Shown here piece by piece: positions 12,944 through 22,000 of a stretch of DNA of 64,000 bases. A model generated the notes under the pieces. It was not told the DNA's origin, did no database searches, and worked only from the letters and a program-made list of their open reading frames with translations. The translations under genes and the position numbers were made by a program. The first letter of the stretch is position 1. Every line of letters begins with the position of its first letter. The stretch covers positions 247,986 to 311,985 of the forward strand of contig QPMI01000103.1 of NCBI GenBank assembly GCA_004431415.1. The letters are read 5' to 3'. Origin of the DNA: Cyanophora paradoxa CCMP329 (lineage: Eukaryota; Plantae; Glaucophyta).

Positions 12944-15380
12944 TCAGTACCCGTAGCCGTACGTGCCGCGGAGGGTGCGGCCGGCGGCGTAGCCGCTGGC
13001 GCCGGAGAGGGACGAGTGCCCGCCGCTGGCGCCGCGGGCGGAGCGGGGGCCGTACCCCCCGTACTCGGAGCGGAAGTTGTCCGACTTGGTGTCCCAGTCG
13101 CGCTCGTCGGGCGAGCGACGCGAGACCGAGTCCCAGTTGTCGGCCGCCCCGGGGCCCGGGCCCCCCGCCGGCATCGCCGGGATCAGCGGCTGCCGGCCGG
13201 GGCGGCGGAATCAGGCGGCCGGCGGCGCAGAGAGGGGCGCGGGAGGAAGGAAGGGGCGCAGGGGGCCGGGGCGCACGACGACGTTGGGCTGGCCCTGGTG
13301 GCGCGCCAGGTGGGAGCGCATGTGCTCGAACTTCGCCTCCACGCCCTTCTCGCCCCGCGGCCGGTGCTTCAGCGGGCCCTGCACGTGCACCCGCCCCGCC
13401 CCGCGCGCCCGGTCGGCCCCCGGCGGCGAGCGAGCGGGTGGCGAGCTCGAGGGCGGGGGAGCGCTAGCGCTGGACCTTGAAGTACTTCTTGAAGTTGTAC
13501 CCCGTCGCGTGCCGCTCCTTCTCCCCGGGGTGCGAGTACTCTGGAGGCGGGCCCCGGGTGAGGGGGAGGGGCGGGGAGGGCGCCGGGGCGGGCCGGCGGG
13601 GCGCACCGAGCATCCAGGAGCGGCTGACGGGGTCGGCGACGAGCTTGACGAGCGAGCAGAAGCCCGGCAGCGTCGTCACCTTGGCCTGCGGGGCGCCGTT
13701 GGACCACGAGGCCGCGGCGGGGCGGGGCGGGGCGGGGCGGGCCGCACGTCAGGCGCCCCGCAGAGCGTCTTCAGCATGATCTCCGCGTTCGCTCGATCTG
13801 CGTACCCCGGCCCGCGCTCGGGGGGCGCGCGATCCGCGCAGGGGGGTGCGCGATCCGCGCAGGGGGGTGCGCGATCCGCGCAGGGGGGTACGGGGCCGCA
13901 CGCGTCACAACGAAGACGTTCATACCCTTCTTCGCGCACAGCTCCGTGGCGATGTACCTGTACCCCGCACCCCGTGAGCGATCGCGGGGCGGGGCACGGC
14001 GACGGGACGCGGGTCCGGCGCACTGGGCGACGTTGCGGGAGCGCTCCTGGAGGCCGACGGGCGCCTCGGGGTACTTGGGCACGGCGACGGGGCCCTGCGG
14101 CGCGGGGCGAACGCTCGCTCGGAATGCGGGCCGGCGGGGCGACGCGGGGGCCGGGGGCGGCGGCTCGCCTCGGTCTTGAGGCCCGGGAAGTTGAACTCGA
14201 GCATCTTGGAGGGGAGCGAGTTGTACCTGCGCGGGCGGGCCGGACGCTGTGAGGCCGCTGGCCTCAGGGGCGCCCCGGCCCCGCGTTGCCCCGGAGCGCA
14301 CTCGAGGTCCGGCGTGGCGTTGAACCTGCGCGGGGCCGGCCTCAGCGCCCAGCGCGGGGCGAAGCGGCGAGCATGCGGGGGCGACGGCGGCGCGCTCACT
14401 CCTTGTGCTTGCCGGTGATCTGGGGGCACAGCTCCGTCATCACCCGGATGGGCGCGTGGATCCACCGGTTCGCCACGCCTGCCCGCCCCGGCCCCCCGCG
14501 CGTGAGCCACGGCCGGTGGTCTGGTCGTGAAGGACGGGGGCGCGGTCCGCGCCGAGCCGCACCGGCCGTCTGCAGCCTGCGCGTTCCGAGCGGGTCAGCG
14601 GCGGAGGAGGCGCCGCGCGGCGCGGCGGGGGCCCGCGCACGTGCGCCAGAAGGGGCTCGAAAGGATGAGGTCGATCTGGCCGCTCGCGCCCGCCTTGGAC
14701 ACTGCGCGGGGCCGGCTCGAGGGGCCGGGGCGGGGCGCGGGCGCGGCGGGGGCGGACCTCGCCGCGCCATCCGCCTGCCGAGCTCTTGCGCGTGGCGCAT
14801 CCCGTCGCTGCGGCGGCCGGTCGGCGGCGGCGCGCGGCTGCCGCAGGGCGGCGGCGCACTGGGAGAGCGGCGGGTCGTAGGGGAAGTCCTGCAGCGGCGC
14901 CCGGTTATTGGCGGGCGGGCCGGGCGCGCGGCGGTCATTGCCGGCCGGGCGTGCGCACGGCATCTTCTTGCCACACGCTTTGTAGGCCCGGGCGCCAGTG
15001 TCAACGTTTTCTGGGTGAGGAGGACAAACGGAGCTCACCTATTGATCTGCGAGCATGGACGCGTTAGCTAACGGCGCCGAACGCGAGGCGGCGGGCCGGG
15101 TCCGAAAAGTTGCTGGTGGCAGCTAACGCTGGGGGAGCGCGCTCGGTAGCGGCCCGCGGGTCGGGTCCGAAAAGTTGCAACTGGCAGCTAACGCTCGGGG
15201 CCCCGGGAGGCGGGGATCCGAAAAACGCACCCAGTCCTCTCGTTCGCCGTGACGGCATATGTACAGAGCTGCGCGCGCGCCGAGCGTTAGCTTGCAGAAA
15301 TCGAGATGGCAGCCCGCGCGGCCGCGGCGGCGATTGCGATGTTTTACGGCCGAAATTGATCGGCCCGCACCTCCGGTCAT
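12944..15380 (-). CDS. Histidine phosphatase superfamily (phosphoglycerate-mutase-like) protein, multi-exon
   Basis: MTG/ALYICRHGEREDW/INS/VWQEDA/DFPYDPPLS (RHG motif and DPPL), IDLILSSPFWRT/LQTA, PKYPE, VFVVT (second catalytic His region). Stop at 12944. Confidence 0.85.
13820..13888. repeat. Intronic 21-bp tandem repeat x3.3
   Basis: ggggggYgcgcgatccgcgca at 13820, 13841 and 13862. Confidence 0.9.
15097..15225. repeat. Intronic imperfect tandem duplication (~65-bp period)
   Basis: gggtccgaaaagttgc..tggcagctaacgct occurs twice, plus a partial third copy ggatccgaaaa. Confidence 0.7.
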
Positions 15381-15633
15381 CGATCCGCGCAAAGTTGCCA
15401 CCGGACCAGGCCCTTTTCGCTCTTTCTGGCGACCTTGTACCCGTCTATTGCAACTTCTTGAAATCTTCACTTCTTTCCCTCTGTCAGCCTGCCACAGCCT
15501 GGCGCAGTCATTCAGGTGCAGGTAAACTATCGGGATGCGTCCGCCAGCGAGCGCGAGCAAGGTCGGCGGGGGCTAGCCAGCCTGAGCGAAGACGCGTTGA
15601 AAGTTCCTCTCCGGGCGGGCCGCGTGGCTGCGG

Positions 15634-17503
15634 ATGGCGAGCGCGGCATCGCACCAGCGGCGCGCCGCGCACCAGCCTCCGCATTCCTTCGAGCTCGAGA
15701 TCAAGTTCGACGAACCGCACAAGGCGATTGCGGCCGCGAATGTGGCGACAAGGCGAATGCCGTTGCCGGCGGGCAGGCTCCCGTGGCTGAGCTGCAGCTG
15801 GCGCTGCATCTCGGCGCTCTGCCTTGCCGCGCTCGTCTGCTGGTCTGCATGTGGGCTCATCTTCGTCTTCAATTTCGTCAAAATCCCTTCGCTGCCGTCG
15901 TATTTCCAGCCGGCGTGGGGTGGCGAGCCGCTGCCGGCGCGCGGGGGCGGGGCGGGGGCGGGCGGCGCCTTCGAGTCGTACCTGACGGTGTGCACGCTGG
16001 TGAAGGACGAGGAGCGGTACCTGCGCGAGTGGGTCCTCTTCCACCGCCTCGTCGGCGTCACCCGCTTCGACGTCTACGACGACGGGTCCGCCCGCGCGCG
16101 CGCTCTCTCTCTCTCGAGCTCCCCGCCCCCTGCGCCGGCGCCGGCGCCGGCCCCGAGCGGGGCGGCAGGTCGACGGACGGGACGGCGGAGCTGCTGCGGC
16201 GGCTGGGCGCGGGGGATGGCGACGTGCACCGGATCCCGTGGCCGCCGGCCGCCGGCGAGGACGCCGAGGCCGGCACCACGTTCCACTCCCAGGCGCGCCG
16301 GCCCCGCGGCCCGCGCGGCGCGCGGCTCGAGCGGGGCGCGCAGGCGGAGGCGGACGAGTTCCGGCGCCGGGTGGCCTGGTGCCGCCGCCGGGACCTCAAA
16401 GAGCACATACAGGGCGCCTGCCAGGCCCGCCCCCGCCCCCGCCCCGCCCCCGCCCCCGCCCCGGCCCCTCGCCCGCTGCCGCCGACGGTCGCTGGGGCGC
16501 AGCTGGCGGCGTTCAGCCACTGCATCGCACGGCACCGGAACCGCTCCCGCTGGGTCGCCGTCTTCGACGGCGCGCCCCCGCCGCCCCCCTCGCCCGCCCC
16601 CCTCGCCCGCCCCCCGCGCCCGCCCCCGCGCCCCCGGGCGAGCGGCGCGCGCGCAGTGGACGAGTTCGTCTTCCCGGCGCCGGCGCCGCCGGGGCGGCCC
16701 CTCCGCACCTTCCGCGACGTGCGCCGGGCCCCCGCGCGGCGCCGGCGCCGCGAATTCGAACCAAGGCGAGGGCGGGGGCGGGCGGGGGGCAGGCGCTGGA
16801 GCCTCGGGGGGGCGAGGCGCCGGACGGGATGGCGATCGAGGGCCTCGTCTTCGGGGCCTCGGGCCGCCAGGAGGCCCGCCCACGCCTCCCGCCCACGCCC
16901 CCGCCCCGCCCCGGCCCGGCCCACGCTGAGGCCCGGCCCGCGCAGCCGCCCCCGCTGGGGACGCTTACCCTCGAGGCGTACCAGCGCCGCGCCCCGGCGA
17001 CCTACGGCCGCGAGGTGGGGCACGCGCTGCCGCCGCCCCTGTGCCGCCCCGCGCCCCGCCCGACGCCGGCGCGGGGCGGCGCAGGGGCTGCTGGGGCGGT
17101 TCCTGGACCCGCCGGCCAAGTCGATCGCCGACCCGCGGGCGGTGGCGCGGGCCGAGGTGCACCGGCACGCGTACCTCCCCGCCGCCCGCTCCTACCGCGT
17201 CGCCGCCGAGGGCGGGCCCATCCGCTACTTCCACTTCCAGGCCCGCCCGCCCGCCCGCTCCCCCGCCCCGCCCCGCCCCGCCCTCCGGTCCGACGCGGCC
17301 GGCAGTACAAGTCGGTGGCGGAGGCGCGGGCGAAGGCGGCGGCGAACGGGAACCCGCACGTTCTCCTCACGGCGGAGAAGGACGCGGCGCTCTCGGCCGT
17401 CCCCGACGCCACTGCCGCCGTCTTCCTGCCCCTCCTCCGCGCCCGCCTCGCCCAGCCCCTGCCCCCGGACCCGGGGCCCCCGCCCCCCGAGGCTAAGGGC
17501 TAG
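15634..17503 (+). CDS. Type II membrane glycosyltransferase, GT92/DUF23 (GT-A) like, multi-exon
   Basis: N-terminal TM (CISALCLAALVCWSACGLIFVF), YLTVCTLVKDEERYLREWVLFHRLVGVTRFDVYDDGS/TDGT, Q/LAAFSHC, WVAVFD/VDEFVFP (DxD), FGASG, KSIADP, HFQ/YKS. Confidence 0.85.
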
Positions 17504-17832
17504 GCCTCCTTAAACCTCGCTCTCTCTTCCTCCCTCCCGGAGCGAGCCGAGCCGCGAGGCCGGCTCCTGCGCCGCCCGCTGCGCGCCTGAGAGCCATCTG
17601 AGACCCCTCCCCCTCCCCTCGTACCCTTCTCGTACCCCGCCGCGCCCCCGTGCCTGCGCCGCCCTGCCGGTACCCCCCTCTTCCTCGTCATCCCCTTGCC
17701 CTCCTCTCCTCCCTGCCCTCTCCATTTTCTCTACCCTGCCCGGCAGCCCTCCGCCCGGCCCCCTCGCCCTTCGAGTTGGAACTGCTGCGCCCGGCCCGCG
17801 CACTCCTGTGGCGTGGCGTTGACTGGACGTCG

Positions 17833-17940
17833 AATGCACAAGCCTGTAAAATGCACAAGCCTGTAAAATGCGCACGGCTGTAAAATGCACAAGCCTGTAA
17901 AATGCACAAGCCTGTAAAATGCGCATGGCTGTAAAATGCA
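17833..17940. repeat. 17-bp minisatellite with a 51-bp higher-order period (a-a-b a-a-b')
   Basis: aatgcacaagcctgtaa x2, aatgcgcacggctgtaa, aatgcacaagcctgtaa x2, aatgcgcatggctgtaa. Confidence 0.9.
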
Positions 17941-18612
17941 TATATATATGGCTGCGACTGGTACGTAAACGATGACACGGAATTGAAAGAATGTGCTGTG
18001 CGTGTCTGCAAAAATACGCCGGCGGCGAGCACTGTGCTGTACGTATTCATGCAAAAAAACGATGACTGATTTTCAGGACTACTGGCCATGGGCTAGTCTA
18101 GTGGGCCATTTCAATGCAACTCGGAGAGGGCCGCGGAAACTTGAAAACCTAACCCCGTAGCTATCTATTGTAACAGTACCAGAAGCCGGCAGGGGCGGCC
18201 ACCGCCACCGCACAATTGCAAGAAAACCAAATCCGATCCAGTCTCTCACGTGCACACAGCCCACCAAGAAAACTCACATTGGCAATCGCCATCAATAAAG
18301 CCACCTCGAGCTCCAAAAACGGTTATATATACGTAATTATATAAAATGAACTTCGCGATCGCTTCTACAGATGTTCCTATGAGAGAAAACGACTAGCTTG
18401 CATTAAATTTGTCTACGGCATATAAAATAATCTATACAGCTTCGCCCGCCGCCTTTCAAAGCCTGTACATGTGGCGGCGATCCCCCTCTGATACAACGGC
18501 AAGTCCCGAGTGGTGAAGTGAACCCAGCCGCCGCCGAGTGATGAACCCAGCCGCCGCCGGGCCGGGGGAGATCCAGATGGCCATGGGGAGGGGCCGGGGG
18601 CCGGGCGGGCGC

Positions 18613-19059
18613 TCAGTCGCCCTTGAGGGTGGCGGGGGTGGCGGGGTAGGAGGCGGGGTAGCCGAGGGCGGGGCGCTCCCCGGGGGCCCCCGCGGGGCCC
18701 TGCACGAGGGCGGCCCCCGCGGCGGCCTGCTGGGGGCCCGGGCCCGAGGCGGCCAGGGCGAGGGCCTCCTGGTCGGCCTGCGGGAGGGCCCCGCCGCCAC
18801 GAACTGCACCTGCACGTCGTGCACCCTGCAGAGGCCGTGAGAGGGGCCGGGGAGAGGCCTGGGGGGGGACAGGGTCGACGCACGAGAACTTGCCGCGGAG
18901 GGAGCCGCCCTCGGCGGCGGCGGCGGCGGCGGCGCGGCGGAGGGAGCCGCCGACGACGGAGGCGAGCGCGGCGCCGTTGCGAAGCGAGCCGCCCAGCACC
19001 GCCGCGCTCGGCTGCCGGCCCCGGCCCCTCAAACCCCGTGCAGCGTCGACGTCGAGGGC

Positions 19060-19097
<38 letters not shown>

Positions 19098-22000
19098 GGG
19101 CGCACGGCGTCGGAGACGAACTCCTTGAGGGACATGCGGGTGGAGCCCTCCTTGGGGGCCGACACGGCCCCGCTCGTCCACCCCGTCGATCAGGTACGCG
19201 ATCTGAGGCCGCGTCACCGCGTCGGCGGCGGCTGGCCCGGGACGCGGGCGGGGCGGGGCGGGGAGGGGCCGGGGCGGGCGGGCCTCGCCGTGGGTGATGG
19301 AGTCGACCCCCTCGATCTCCTTGGTGGGGTCCACCCGCAGCCCGATCGTCTTCTTGATCGCCAGCAGCGTCACCTGCCGCCCGGCCCGGCCCGGCCCGGC
19401 CGCGCCCTCAAGATCAGCGGGGCCCGCGCGCGGCGGTGCGCATGCTCGACGGGAGGAGACAGCGAATTCGAAGGCGGCGGGGCGGGGCGCACGACGGCGA
19501 TGGAGATGGAGAGAGCGGCGACGACGAGGACGGCGAGCAGCTGCACCCCGAGGAGCCGCCCGTTCCCTGCCCGCCCCGCGCCACACCCCGCCTCAGGCCT
19601 CGGGCTCCGGGGGAAGCGATGGAGGGGGCGGCCGCGGGTGGGGACCGTAGAAAGCGCCGTCGGGGCCCAGCGGGTTCACTTTCTTCGTCGCGAAGAGGCC
19701 TGCGGGACACGGCCTCGGCGTCAGGCGCAGCGGCGAGGGCGGCGGCGGGGGCGGGGGCGGGCGCGTGCCGGTGCAGAGGGGCCCGACGACGCCGCCGACG
19801 CCGTGGCAGGAGAAGACGTCGAGGGTGTCGTCGATGAGGGTCAGCCGCTGCCGCAGCTTGATCGCGTAGAACGAGCACGCCGCCCCGATCTGCCCCGCCC
19901 CGCCCCGCCCAAGCGCTCAATCCCGAGAGGACCGGAGCCGGAGACGGTCGACTGGAGCTGGCATGGAGTGCTGCTCGCGATCGCGATCGGGGCGATTGCG
20001 GGCGCACGATGCCGATGAGGAAGGCGGCCCAGAGCTCGACGAAGCCCGAGTTGGGGGTCGAGACGATGAGGCCGACGACCTGCCGCGCCCCGGCGACCCC
20101 GGCTGAGCTGCGAGGGGCGGGGGAGAGGATCCGGAGTGTGTGGGAGGGCGGGGCGGGGAGGGCGCGCCATGCCGACGGAGGCCTGGGAGGCGGAGATCTT
20201 GCGGTCGTGGAGGTACTCGAGGGCCATCCACGTCGCCAGGCCCGTCGCCGCCGAGAGCTGCGTGTTCGCCACCGCCACCGCCGCCACGTCTGCCCGGCGC
20301 GGCGATCGCGAGGCCCAGCGTCGACGTCAGCGCGCGGGCTCTGAGGCCGCTCGGGTTTATTGGGCTCGCCGGGCACGGGCGGGCACCGTCGGAGAGGTAG
20401 CCGTTGCCGCCGTTGAAGCCGAACCAGCCGAACCAGAGGAGGCAGGCGCCGAGGACGATGAGGGAGACGTTGTGCGGCACCAGCGGCTTTTCGAACGCCT
20501 TGCGCCTGCACGCGCGCGCCCCCCCGCCGCCCCTCAAACCCTGAAACGAGACTGAAATTCTTCGAATTCGCCGCGGTGCGGCCCGCATTGAAGTGCCCCG
20601 CACCGCCCGATGATGACGGCGGAGGCAAGGGCAGCCATGCCGGCCTGCGCGGCCCGGCGGGAATCAAATATTAATTCCAGTGAAATTCGGAGGGGGCGGG
20701 GCGGGCGGGGCGTACGGTGAGGTGGACGACGAGGCCGCCGCCGAAGTCGACGACGCCGAGCTCACGGAGCCAGCCCTTCCAGGCGCACACCACCGAGGGG
20801 CCCTCCTTGGCGTATGCCACCCTGCACCCCGCCGCCGCCCACACCCAGTGCGCCACGATGTCTGCCCGCACCCGCCGTCGACGTCACTCGCCGGCGGCGA
20901 GCTGCGCGCTAGGAGCGGGCGGGGGCGCGGGGCTCGCCGTAGCAGAAGGTGCTCCAGAGAATGATGAAGGCGAGGTAGGCTGCGGGTGGATGGGGCGCGC
21001 GGTCAGGGGGCGCAGCGCAGGGCGGCCGGGCCGCGGGCAATCGCGGGGGCGGATCCCCGGACCGCGGAAGGACATGCGACCGACGACGGCGCCGGAAATG
21101 AGCGCCGGTGTGATGATCGCTGCGCGGCGCGACGGTCAACGTTGCGACTCGAAAAATGCACCGCAATCCCAGTGAACGATTTTGCACCGAACATCATCTG
21201 ATAGGTCATGAAGAGCGCGTGGGGGATCTGGGGGGGCGGTTAGCTGCAGCTGCAGCAGCAGGCCTGGGCCGCGGTCCCATGGCCAGCGGCCCGGCCCGGC
21301 GGGGCGGCACAGCGCGGGGCGGGGTGCTGGGCGGACGTTCTCTGCGTACTGCGGGCAGCAAAAAGAGTGAGGGCATCAACGAGAGCGGACCGGAGGGGCC
21401 GGTGCGGGGCGGGCGCACGTCGGGGTTGGACTCGCCGCCGACGTCCTTCAGGCCGCCCCAGCGCAGGTCCCCGTAGATGCGCGAGCCCCCGTCCGGCGCG
21501 TACGTCACGCTGTACCCGAACAGGAACCACTGGATCGTGATCGCCTGCGCCGGGAGGAGGGGAGGAGGGGCGGGGGGGGGGGGGGAGGGGGAGGGGGGGG
21601 GGGCGTTGTTCTGATTATTTAATGTCCTGCGATATCCAGCACGCGCACGCAGCGACCGCGAAGCTGGACGCGCACCGGGATCGCCACCACAGACATCCTG
21701 CGCGCGCGAGGGACCCGCAGATGTGATTAGAATTTGTATTATATAATCACGACGTCGACTCGGCGAGCTCGAGCTCGAGCTCGAGGCGCCCGCCCGCGGC
21801 AAATGGACGGGCGGGTCGCGATCGGCCGGGGCCGGTTGGGGCTCACATGAGCGTGTTGATGCTGTTGATGCTGTTCACGAAGCCTGGGAGCGGCCGCGCG
21901 CGTCACGCGGGGAGCGGCTTGAATGCGGGGGGCATGGGCGCGTGTACCCCCGTAGAAGAAGGCGAGGGCCTTCGAGTTCGAGGGGCGGGGCGGGGGCGGC

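Noticed and set aside
17833-17940. CRISPR-like array
   Set aside because: Contiguous tandem units without unique spacers, eukaryotic context and no cas genes.
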